In this document: positions 1 through 8,645 of the stretch, piece after piece
Numbering within the stretch: position 1 is the first letter of the stretch
How the letters are laid out: every line of letters begins with the position of its first letter
Source of the DNA: an uncultured Methylobacillus sp.
GTDB lineage: Bacteria; Pseudomonadota; Gammaproteobacteria; Burkholderiales; Methylophilaceae
Direction of reading: 5' to 3'
Length of the DNA stretch: 36,745 nt
NCBI GenBank assembly: GCA_964585105.1
Contig: CAZPCL010000001.1
Span: 1 to 36,745, forward strand
The notes under the pieces: generated by a model
Seen by the model: only the letters and a program-made list of their open reading frames with translations
Database searches by the model: none
Told to the model about the DNA's origin: nothing
Translations under genes and position numbers: made by a program

Positions 1-576
1 TATAAGAGCCATGATATTAAACATTTAATTGCTCTAAGAGGAGATAACCCATCAGGAGCAATAAGTCATGGAGATTTTAAATATGCTAATGAATTAATCT
101 CATTTATAAGGGAGGAAACAGGAGAATATTTTCATATTCAAGCTGGTGCATACCCTGAATATCACCCAGAAGCTGAGTCTACAAGTGATGATTTGAATAA
201 TTTTAAAAGAAAAATAGATGCTGGAGCAAATTCAGCAATTACGCAGTTTTTTTTTAATGCGGATGCTTATTTTAGATTTTTAGAGGAATGTCAGAAAAAA
301 TCTATATCAGTACCTATTATTCCTGGGATTATGCCTATCTATAATATCAAGCAACTTTCAAGGTTTTCATCAAATTGCGGGGCAGAAATACCTAGGTGGT
401 TAAGGTTGAAACTTGAAGATTATGACGACGATATTCAATCATTAAGAGATTATGGCGTAGATGTTATTTCTGAATTATGTGAGACATTAATTCAATATGG
501 AGTTCCAGGTATTCATTTTTACACATTAAATGAATCAAAAATTGTTTCAAAAATTATTAATAATATTAATAACTAA
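1..576 (+). CDS. metF: Methylenetetrahydrofolate reductase, 5'-truncated by the window edge
   Basis: Frame is open from base 1 (YKSHDIKHLIALRGDNP...AGAYPEYHPE...KIDAGANSAITQFFF...PIIPGIMPI...GIHFYTLN), all typical MetF motifs. The ORF-track start at 193 is internal. Confidence 0.96.
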   Translation, partial: YKSHDIKHLIALRGDNPSGAISHGDFKYANELISFIREETGEYFHIQAGAYPEYHPEAESTSDDLNNFKRKIDAGANSAITQFFFNADAYFRFLEECQKKSISVPIIPGIMPIYNIKQLSRFSSNCGAEIPRWLRLKLEDYDDDIQSLRDYGVDVISELCETLIQYGVPGIHFYTLNESKIVSKIINNINN

Positions 577-1034
577 TGAAGTATTAATTGCTCAGTTTGA
601 TACAGAGCATCTTCAACAAAAAGATAGTCATTTTCTCGGCCATTATTCCACAAAGTCATCATCACAATCCAACGTACTTCATCAATGTTGATTATGTTTT
701 GGTTCAGAGCCATAGCACGATCAATAATAATTTCTCTTTCATCAGAATTCAAGACATTAGCTTGCTCTAGAAACAAAATAAAACCAAGACCATCCAGAGA
801 AAATTTTTCTTTTTCTTTTTGAGTGAAAACTCTTAATTTGTTATTTGATATTAAGGAGTGAAATCGAGGTATTTTAATGGACATCTCTTTCAGCTCTGTA
901 AACCAATCTAAAGCACTTTCAATATCTTTATTATTAAATCCAGCAGCTTCGAGCTCTAAAGTCATATTATCAAAATCTAAATTATTTTTAGAACTTAAGT
1001 AATTTTCAAACATGTAAATAAGCAAATCAAACAT
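573..1034 (-). CDS. smg: Smg / DUF494 family protein
   Basis: MFDLLIYMFENY, LEAAGF..DIESALDW, GFILFLEQANVL...REIIIDRAMAL, WIVMMTLWN and C-terminal LH match Smg. TAAGGA RBS lies 6 nt upstream. Divergent from def as usual. Confidence 0.93.
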   Translation of the reverse strand: MFDLLIYMFENYLSSKNNLDFDNMTLELEAAGFNNKDIESALDWFTELKEMSIKIPRFHSLISNNKLRVFTQKEKEKFSLDGLGFILFLEQANVLNSDEREIIIDRAMALNQNIINIDEVRWIVMMTLWNNGRENDYLFVEDALYQTEQLILH

Positions 1035-1192
1035 AATAAATCCTTACATTCTTTGGTTTTGGATAGAAAATTAAAAATTTTTTTGCAATGACAAGAGAAA
1101 ATATGACACTAGGCAGTATAATTAGTTTATTAAATTTTTTATAGTATTCAATTAAATTAATTTAACAGTTAATAATTAAATAATCAATACAT

Positions 1193-1702
1193 ATGACAAT
1201 TTTAGACATATTAAATTACCCAGACCCACGCTTACATAAAGTTGCTAGTATTGTGGATGAAATTAATAGTGAGATCATATCAATTGTTAGAGATATGACA
1301 GAGACAATGTACGCAGCACCTGGTATTGGATTGTCTGCCACCCAAGTAAATTATCATAAGAAAATTATTATTATTGATATCTCAGAAAAAAAAGATGATT
1401 TACTCGTTTTAATAAATCCAGAGATTGTTAGTTCGGATGGGCAGCAAGAATCACAAGAGGGATGCTTATCAGTGCCTGGTATTTATGAAACAGTAAAAAG
1501 GGCATCCGAAATAGGTATTAGAGCCTTGAATATAGAGGGGAATCTAATCGAATTCGTAGCAGATGGAAAATTATCAATTTGTATTCAGCATGAGATGGAC
1601 CACTTAGTGGGAAAAGTTTTTGTAGAATACCTATCGCCACTTAAAAAAAGTAGAATAAAAACAAAAATGATTAAAAAAAATAAGAAATTTGAAGCAACCT
1701 AA
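1193..1702 (+). CDS. def: Peptide deformylase
   Basis: Motifs GIGLSATQ, EGCLS and QHEMDH; followed by fmt. Confidence 0.98.
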   Translation: MTILDILNYPDPRLHKVASIVDEINSEIISIVRDMTETMYAAPGIGLSATQVNYHKKIIIIDISEKKDDLLVLINPEIVSSDGQQESQEGCLSVPGIYETVKRASEIGIRALNIEGNLIEFVADGKLSICIQHEMDHLVGKVFVEYLSPLKKSRIKTKMIKKNKKFEAT

Positions 1703-1710
1703 TTGAAAGT

Positions 1711-2664
1711 ATGACAAATAAAAAACTTAAACTTATTTTTGCAGGAACGCCAGAATTTTCTGTCCCAACCCTAAGTAGAATTTATCAAGAAGGGTATGAA
1801 GTTTCGTTAGTACTTACTCAGCCTGATAGAAAATCAGGCAGAGGAATGAATGTAAAAGCGAGTCCAATCAAACAGAAAGCAACTGAGCTAAGTATTCCTA
1901 TTTATCAGCCAAATAACCTAAGGCATTATGATGTTTACCAAAGATTAAAAACAGAAAAAGCAGATATATTAATAGTTGCCGCATACGGGTTAATTATTCC
2001 AAGTGACATCTTAAATATATTTACCAAAGGATCATATAACGTTCATGCTTCACTTCTTCCAGCATGGAGGGGGGCAGCACCAATTCATAGAGCAATTGAA
2101 TCTGGAGATAAAGAAATCGGAGTTACTATAATGTCTGTAATTCCAAAATTAGATGCAGGAGATATAGTAAGAAGTGAAAAAATAGATTTGGACGAGAATT
2201 CAACCACTGGTGATATGACAAACTTAATATCAAAAATAGGTGCTGAGTTAATGGTAAAAGTTCTTAATGATCTGAGTGAAAATAGAGATCTAAAGCCCAT
2301 TCAGCAAAATGAAAAAATGGTAACCTATGCAGACAAGATTACCAAGATAGAGGCAAGAGTAGATTGGAAAGATGTATCGTCAGAAATAATAGTGCGGAAA
2401 ATCAATGCCTTTAATCCGTTTCCAGGAGTATTTTGTAATTTTAATGGAAAGATATTGAAGATATGGAGGGCTAAAATCATAAACAAATTTAAGAAAAGTG
2501 AGCCCGGTCGAATATATGTTAATACCGAAAAAAATAATCTATATATTGGAACTAAAGATGGATCAATTGAAGTTAAAGAAATTCAACTAGAAGGAAAAAG
2601 AAAAATGAGTGCTAAGGAATTTATCGTCGCCAATAAGATTAATGGGGGCGAAATATTTTTATGA
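1711..2664 (+). CDS. fmt: Methionyl-tRNA formyltransferase
   Basis: FAGTPEF, TQPDRKSGRG, NVHASLLPAWRGAAPI, LDAG; def-fmt-rsmB synteny. Confidence 0.98.
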   Translation: MTNKKLKLIFAGTPEFSVPTLSRIYQEGYEVSLVLTQPDRKSGRGMNVKASPIKQKATELSIPIYQPNNLRHYDVYQRLKTEKADILIVAAYGLIIPSDILNIFTKGSYNVHASLLPAWRGAAPIHRAIESGDKEIGVTIMSVIPKLDAGDIVRSEKIDLDENSTTGDMTNLISKIGAELMVKVLNDLSENRDLKPIQQNEKMVTYADKITKIEARVDWKDVSSEIIVRKINAFNPFPGVFCNFNGKILKIWRAKIINKFKKSEPGRIYVNTEKNNLYIGTKDGSIEVKEIQLEGKRKMSAKEFIVANKINGGEIFL

Positions 2665-3941
2665 TGAATCACTCACAATGGCTATCAGCTCATGTTTTAG
2701 AGCAGGTTCTTCTGGGGAAGAATCTAGATAAAAGCTTTGAATTAATTTTTAGGAAATTTAATTCTAATGAGTCTGAAAATCTACCACAAATTAAAGATAT
2801 GGTTTATGGGGCAATAAGAGAATTAGGTATGTCACGTTTTTATATTAAAAAATTGGTTCCCAAGAAAATTGATAACCCATGTTTAGAAGCCCTCCTTCAC
2901 ATAGTTCTTTTTCAAATAAGTCATGAAAGATCAAATAATTTCACGTTAGTAAATCAAGCAGTTGATGCAGCAAAAAAAATTGATCATAAGAAAAGTGCTT
3001 TTATAAATGCGGTGCTAAGAAATTTTTTAAGGAATAAGGATACTCTCGAGGATGAAGCAAAAGAACATGAATCTGCTGTATTTAATTATCCTAATTGGTG
3101 GATTAATAAAGTAAAAAATCAATATCCAAAAAAATGGAAGGATATTTTAGATATTGGAAATACACGCCCACCATTAGTCCTAAGAGTTAATATTAAAAAT
3201 ATTAGAGTTAAGGAATATTCAAGAATATTAGCGAGTCATGCTATAGAGCATAGCTTGATAGGCGCTGAAGGCGTGATTTTAAAGACACCAATGGGAGTTG
3301 ACAAGATACCAGGATTTTTAGAGGGTAAAGTTTCTGTTCAAGATTTTGGAGCACAATTAGCAGCCCATATAATTGATTTAGAAGATGGCCAAATAGTATT
3401 GGATGCTTGCTCTGCACCAGGGGGAAAAGCATGTCATATGCTGGAGCTAAACTCAATTCAACTATTGGCAATAGAGAGTAATAAAAAAAGAATAATTAAA
3501 ATTCAAGAAAATATTAGCCGCCAAGGTTTAAAGGCAGTGATTCGAAATGAAAAAATAGGTCTTGTAAACGAATGGTGGGATAAAATTCCTTTTGATCGAA
3601 TATTATTAGATGTACCATGCTCATCATCAGGAATAGTAAGAAGGCATGTCGATATAAAGTGGCTTAGAAGAATAGATGATTTTGGAAGCTTTGGAGAAAA
3701 TCAGTTAGAGCTATTAAGGTCTACATGGCCTATGTTAAAAAATAAAGGTAAATTATTATATGTAACTTGTTCAATATTCGAAGAGGAAAATAGTGAAGTT
3801 ATTGAAAGGTTTAAGAAAGATTCAAAAAATATTAATGAGCTAGATATCATATTTCCTCCAAATGTAGAGCATACAAAAAATCAAGTATTGCCATCAAAAA
3901 ATCATGACGGTTTATTTTATGCGCTACTTCAAAAGAATTAG
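2661..3941 (+). CDS. rsmB: 16S rRNA m5C967 methyltransferase (Sun/RsmB)
   Basis: NusB-like N-terminus (INAVLRNFLR), VSVQD, LDACSAPGGK, LLDVPCS, YVTCS, DGLFYALL; ATGA overlap with fmt. Confidence 0.96.
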   Translation: MMNHSQWLSAHVLEQVLLGKNLDKSFELIFRKFNSNESENLPQIKDMVYGAIRELGMSRFYIKKLVPKKIDNPCLEALLHIVLFQISHERSNNFTLVNQAVDAAKKIDHKKSAFINAVLRNFLRNKDTLEDEAKEHESAVFNYPNWWINKVKNQYPKKWKDILDIGNTRPPLVLRVNIKNIRVKEYSRILASHAIEHSLIGAEGVILKTPMGVDKIPGFLEGKVSVQDFGAQLAAHIIDLEDGQIVLDACSAPGGKACHMLELNSIQLLAIESNKKRIIKIQENISRQGLKAVIRNEKIGLVNEWWDKIPFDRILLDVPCSSSGIVRRHVDIKWLRRIDDFGSFGENQLELLRSTWPMLKNKGKLLYVTCSIFEEENSEVIERFKKDSKNINELDIIFPPNVEHTKNQVLPSKNHDGLFYALLQKN

Positions 3942-4500
3942 TTTAATTATATTATTAGCATTACTCTCATTAATCTTAATGAATTTATATTCCCTACCTG
4001 ATGGAAAGATAGTGATTAAAAATATGGTTGTTAGTAAAAAAGATAATATAAATAAATATAAGATGCCTGATTATTCAATAAGCTTTAATCAAGAAATAAA
4101 CTTTAGCAACCTGATAATAAATGCAATAGATAAAGGTATCCCATTAGTATTCAAAGTAGAATTGAGAGTAGCTGAAACAAACGAAATCTGGCCCACAAAG
4201 ATAATAAAGAAAGAAATAAGGTATTATCAAATTGAGTTTAAGGCGTTAAGGGAAATTTATAAGACTACAGATATCAATGGAGAAATACACGAATATCAAA
4301 ATATATTAGATGCATTTGAAAAGTTATCTAAAGTAGAGGGGTTTCGATTTACAGCTGCCAATAATCAAAATTATGAGTTATGGCTTAATATATCACTAGA
4401 CAAAAAAAAATTACCAAAGCCCTTACAAGTAAACTACTTTGATACTACCTGGAACATGAGCTCTGAGAAGAAAATACATAAACTTGGAAAATTAAATTGA
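3919..4500 (+). CDS. DUF4390-like exported/membrane-anchored protein (start 3919 preferred; 3904 possible)
   Basis: N-terminal hydrophobic segment, 'AIDKGIPLVF' and 'LDKKKLPKPLQV...W' resemble DUF4390; sits in the usual position between rsmB and an ntrY-like kinase. Confidence 0.8.
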   Translation: MRYFKRISLIILLALLSLILMNLYSLPDGKIVIKNMVVSKKDNINKYKMPDYSISFNQEINFSNLIINAIDKGIPLVFKVELRVAETNEIWPTKIIKKEIRYYQIEFKALREIYKTTDINGEIHEYQNILDAFEKLSKVEGFRFTAANNQNYELWLNISLDKKKLPKPLQVNYFDTTWNMSSEKKIHKLGKLN

Positions 4501-6620
4501 AATATATAATAACAATTGTCTCATTTATTGGAATTTCATTGCTTATCTTGCTAGCAAAAGCAATTTCAAATTCAGATTTAATTTCAAGCGACTCATTCAG
4601 GATTCTATTGGGACTAAATATTTTATTTATATGCTCATTAATTATATTGATAGGATTCCAGATTTTTCGTTTACTTCAAAGTGTTAAGAAAGAAATTACA
4701 GGAAGTAGGCTAACATTAAGATTGGTTATGTCTTTTGCACTAATGGGTATAGTTCCAGTATTAATTGTGTATTTAGTATCAGTAAATTTTCTAACGAAAT
4801 CAATTGAATCCTGGTTTGATGTCAAAGTTGAATCAGCATTAGAGGGTGGCTTAACTTTAGGACAAAAAACTATTGATATATTGATGAAAGATATAGAGTT
4901 AAAAGGTAAAAGTATTGCATATTCTATTAGCAATGTGAATCCAGAACAAAGAAATAGCGTTTTAACTGATCTGAGGGAAAAATTTAGAATAGAAGATGCA
5001 GTCATTTTTGATCAGAATTCGATAATCGTTGAGGTTTCAAGTGAGAAAAGTAATTTAATACCACCAATTCCTAATATCGAAGATTTAGAAAAAGGAGGCA
5101 GGAATTTCTTTGGAAGGATTGAAGAAAAAGATGGAGAGCAGATATTTTTAAAAACATTTACACCAATTCTACCTAAAAACATAAATTCTAAAACACTAAT
5201 TCTCCAATTAACTCAACCAATACCCCCTTCCATAGCAAATTTAGCATTGTCTGTTGAGTCAGTTTATGGTGATTACCAACAGCTTACGTATAGTCGGAAT
5301 TCGTTAAAAATTATCTATATATTAACGTTGACGCTAGTCCTACTATTAGCATTATTATCATCTGTATCAGCATCTTTTGTAATTAGTAGAAGATTCTCAT
5401 CTCCTCTAGCAATGCTTGCTGATGCAACAAGACAGATTTCAAAAGGTAACTATAAAAAAATTATCTCAAAGCAAGGTAAGGATGAAATAGGGGTTTTAAT
5501 AAGTTCTTTTAACAGCATGATGGCTCAATTAGAAGATGCTACAAACAGCTCAGAAAAAGATAGGGAAAGACTGGAAGTCGCTAGAACATTTCTCGAAACA
5601 ATATTGGCTCATTTAACAACAGGAGTCATTGTTATAGACGGGAAAAAAATAATTCGTTTGAACAATATTGCGGCATCGAAGATATTTAAGGTTAAAAGCC
5701 GCGATATGAGAAACAAGCCAATGAGTGAGGTAGTAGATAAATATTCATTATTTAAACCAATGAATGAATTTGTTGAGTCTTATATAGATAATAGTAAGAA
5801 GGATAAAAAAGAGGAAAGCCAAGAATTTAAATTAAATAGTGAGGGCCAACAAGAAAGAACGATTATGCTACAAATAACCACAATAAAAGATAATGAAGAC
5901 AAGTCATATGTACTAGTTATTGATGACATATCTGAAGTTACACAAGCACAAAGGCATAGAGCGTGGGGAGAGATAGCAAGAAGATTAGCGCACGAAATAA
6001 AAAATCCACTGACACCAATACAATTATCAGCAGAACGAATTCAGCATAAATTTAAGAATAAATTAAATAAAGAAGATTCAGAAATACTTGAAAAATCAAC
6101 TAGTACAATTGTAAATCAGGTAAATGCATTAAAAATAATGGTTAATGAATTTGCAGAATACGCAAGACCCCCTAAAATACAGAAAGATACTGTTCAAATT
6201 GACAAACTAATTGATGAAGTAGTAACGTTATACGAGATTGAAGAAATTATTAAAATAAAGAAAGATAAAAAAATACCAATTATATACGCAGATCAGAATA
6301 AGCTAAGACAAGTAATAATAAATTTATTAGAAAATTCTCAAGATGCTTTAAAAGGAATAAAAAATAAAAAAATAATTATATCGATAAAAAATAAAGGTAA
6401 CAAGATTGAGTTAACAGTTGAAGATAATGGTATTGGAATTCCAGATATGATTATTGGAAGGATATTCGAACCATATGTAACATCAAAAAAAACTGGAACT
6501 GGCTTAGGGCTTGCGATAGTGCATAAAATTATTGAAGAGCATGAAGGTAAAATTACCATTGATAGAATTAAAAACTCTGGGACCAGAGTTACTATAAATC
6601 TTAAAATCAGAGAAAAATAA
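4497..6620 (+). CDS. ntrY: NtrY-family membrane sensor histidine kinase (TM-HAMP-PAS-HisKA-HATPase); TTG start
   Basis: GSRLTLRL, SIESWFDVKVESALEGGL, H-box AWGEIARRLAHEIKNPLTPIQLSAE, DNGIG, FEPYVTSKKTGTGLGLAIV. Confidence 0.9.
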   Translation: MKYIITIVSFIGISLLILLAKAISNSDLISSDSFRILLGLNILFICSLIILIGFQIFRLLQSVKKEITGSRLTLRLVMSFALMGIVPVLIVYLVSVNFLTKSIESWFDVKVESALEGGLTLGQKTIDILMKDIELKGKSIAYSISNVNPEQRNSVLTDLREKFRIEDAVIFDQNSIIVEVSSEKSNLIPPIPNIEDLEKGGRNFFGRIEEKDGEQIFLKTFTPILPKNINSKTLILQLTQPIPPSIANLALSVESVYGDYQQLTYSRNSLKIIYILTLTLVLLLALLSSVSASFVISRRFSSPLAMLADATRQISKGNYKKIISKQGKDEIGVLISSFNSMMAQLEDATNSSEKDRERLEVARTFLETILAHLTTGVIVIDGKKIIRLNNIAASKIFKVKSRDMRNKPMSEVVDKYSLFKPMNEFVESYIDNSKKDKKEESQEFKLNSEGQQERTIMLQITTIKDNEDKSYVLVIDDISEVTQAQRHRAWGEIARRLAHEIKNPLTPIQLSAERIQHKFKNKLNKEDSEILEKSTSTIVNQVNALKIMVNEFAEYARPPKIQKDTVQIDKLIDEVVTLYEIEEIIKIKKDKKIPIIYADQNKLRQVIINLLENSQDALKGIKNKKIIISIKNKGNKIELTVEDNGIGIPDMIIGRIFEPYVTSKKTGTGLGLAIVHKIIEEHEGKITIDRIKNSGTRVTINLKIREK

Positions 6621-6623
6621 AGT

Positions 6624-7868
6624 ATGACAAAAATAAATATTTTAGTGGTTGATGACGAACAAGATATAAGGGAATCATTAAGAGATATCCTTGAAGATGA
6701 AGGATATAAAATATTTTTAGCAAAAAATGCAATGGATGCAAGAAAAATAAAAGATAAGGAAAATATTGGATTAATTCTACTGGATATTTGGATGCCGGAC
6801 TGTGACGGGATTACATTGCTTAAGGAGTGGGCTAAAGCAAATAAAATAAATTGTCCTGTATTAATGATGTCAGGACATGGAACAATCGACACAGCAGTCG
6901 AAGCCACTAGAATAGGGGCATATGACTTTCTTGAAAAACCAATTTCACTTCAAAAGTTATTAAATACAATAAACTCAGCACTTAAAAAAGAAATACATGT
7001 AATTAGAATTGATCATAACTTTTTAAATAGCTCACAACTTAATTGGGTTACTCAATTTAGACAAAAATTAATAAATCTGAAAAGCACTAATTTAATTTAT
7101 ATCAACGGATCAGAAGGCAATTTTATTAATATATGCGTCAATAATCTTGTAGGGACCAATTACTTACTGATTGATGAAAATTCAAAAATTAAAGATAATT
7201 TTATTAATAAAGCTGCTGAAAAAGGTTGTAGTGCAATATTATTTAAGAACTTTTCTAAATTTGATGTATTAAAAAAAAATACAATAGAAAAATATCTAGA
7301 GTTTAATAATTATAAAGAAATAAAAATTATATTTATTGATGATGATGTAGAGAAGATTTCAACTAGCAGAAAAATATCGAAAGAAATTATTTTATACACG
7401 CCAGACTTTTCAAAGAATAAAGAATTAATTCCAGATTTTTCATTAGCAATACTTAATTTTTATTTATCAATGAATAAGCACCTAGGATATAAAGAATTTG
7501 AGATTGCAGCATTAAACTTATTAAGAATTTCAAATCATATTGATAATATTGATATCCTAGATGATATTGTATTCAATTTGATTAAAGTATCTGAAGGTCA
7601 AAAAATATCAGCTAATGATGTTGAGGGTTATTTAAAAAGATTTAATAGTAAAGATACTCATAATAAAGATTCACAAGGAAATAGTATCTTTGACGATGAG
7701 AAAATATTTAATCAAACATTAAAAGAGGCTAGGGAAGAGTTTGAAAAACTGTATTTTAAGTTTTATATGGACAAAAAATTATCAGTTTCAGAGTTAGCTA
7801 GGAAATCTGCGGTCGAAAGAACGCATTTGTATAGAAAACTTAAATCACTCGGGATCAAAATAAAATAA
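6624..7868 (+). CDS. ntrX: NtrX-family response regulator: receiver, degenerate central domain, Fis-type HTH
   Basis: ILVVDDE, LLDIWMPD, MMSGHGTIDTAVEATRIGAYDFLEKP; C-terminal LKEAREEFEKLY...ERTHLYRKLK; directly after ntrY. Confidence 0.88.
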   Translation: MTKINILVVDDEQDIRESLRDILEDEGYKIFLAKNAMDARKIKDKENIGLILLDIWMPDCDGITLLKEWAKANKINCPVLMMSGHGTIDTAVEATRIGAYDFLEKPISLQKLLNTINSALKKEIHVIRIDHNFLNSSQLNWVTQFRQKLINLKSTNLIYINGSEGNFINICVNNLVGTNYLLIDENSKIKDNFINKAAEKGCSAILFKNFSKFDVLKKNTIEKYLEFNNYKEIKIIFIDDDVEKISTSRKISKEIILYTPDFSKNKELIPDFSLAILNFYLSMNKHLGYKEFEIAALNLLRISNHIDNIDILDDIVFNLIKVSEGQKISANDVEGYLKRFNSKDTHNKDSQGNSIFDDEKIFNQTLKEAREEFEKLYFKFYMDKKLSVSELARKSAVERTHLYRKLKSLGIKIK

Positions 7869-7871
7869 TTA

Positions 7872-8645
7872 TCAAAACTCAGATACTACAGGGGTATGAT
7901 CCGATGGCCTCTCAAATTCTCTTGGCTTCTTGTCAATGTAAGATTTCTGTAGGCCCTTTAATAAGGAAGTTGTTATAAGAATATGGTCAATTCTCATACC
8001 TAAATTACGTTTTAGGGGAATTCTGTAATCCCACCAAGAAAAATCATTAGCTGAAGGATTTAAATGACGAAAAGAATCTATAAATCCACTACTTATGATT
8101 TTATTAAAATATTGCCTTTCAATATCAGAGACTAGATTCTTACCTTCCCAGACAGTTGGATCATGACAATCAATATCATCAGGCGCAATATTAAAGTCAC
8201 CAGTTAACACAATGTGATTATATTCTTTATGTAAATCAATTAACCATTTATAGAGGCTATCTAACCATAATTTCTTATAAATAAATTTTTCAGAGTCTAG
8301 TGATTGTCCGTTAGGAATGTACGCAGAAATTATTTTGATATTACGATTCTGATTGTCTTGGAATGTTCCAGTTATCACTCTTTTTTGAATATCATCATAG
8401 TTAGGTATATTTGATGAAATATCAGATAATGGTTTTTTACTAATTATTGCCACGCCATTATAAGTTTTCTGACCATTATGATAAGAATGCCAACCTAAGG
8501 ATTTAAAATTCTCGTGTGGAAACATATCGTTAGTTTGTTTTGTTTCCTGAAGGCAAAGTACATCAGGGTTATTCTTTTTTAACCAATCAACTACATGCGG
8601 GAAACGAACCTTCAACGAGTTTACATTCCATGTTGCGATTTTCAT
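7872..8645 (-). CDS. xth: Exodeoxyribonuclease III
   Basis: MKIATWNVNS, LCLQETK, YNGVAI, YIPNG, GDFNIAP, FSWWDYR, RIDH, SDHTPV. Confidence 0.97.
   Translation of the reverse strand: MKIATWNVNSLKVRFPHVVDWLKKNNPDVLCLQETKQTNDMFPHENFKSLGWHSYHNGQKTYNGVAIISKKPLSDISSNIPNYDDIQKRVITGTFQDNQNRNIKIISAYIPNGQSLDSEKFIYKKLWLDSLYKWLIDLHKEYNHIVLTGDFNIAPDDIDCHDPTVWEGKNLVSDIERQYFNKIISSGFIDSFRHLNPSANDFSWWDYRIPLKRNLGMRIDHILITTSLLKGLQKSYIDKKPREFERPSDHTPVVSEF

Noticed and set aside
1044-1070. Minus-strand ...QNQRM* just upstream of the smg RBS as a possible dprA 3' relic
   Set aside because: Only 8 codons bounded by stops; the similarity is too weak.
1152-1165. Perfect palindrome TTAAATTAATTTAA upstream of def
   Set aside because: A/T-only palindrome in an extremely AT-rich spacer, likely by chance.
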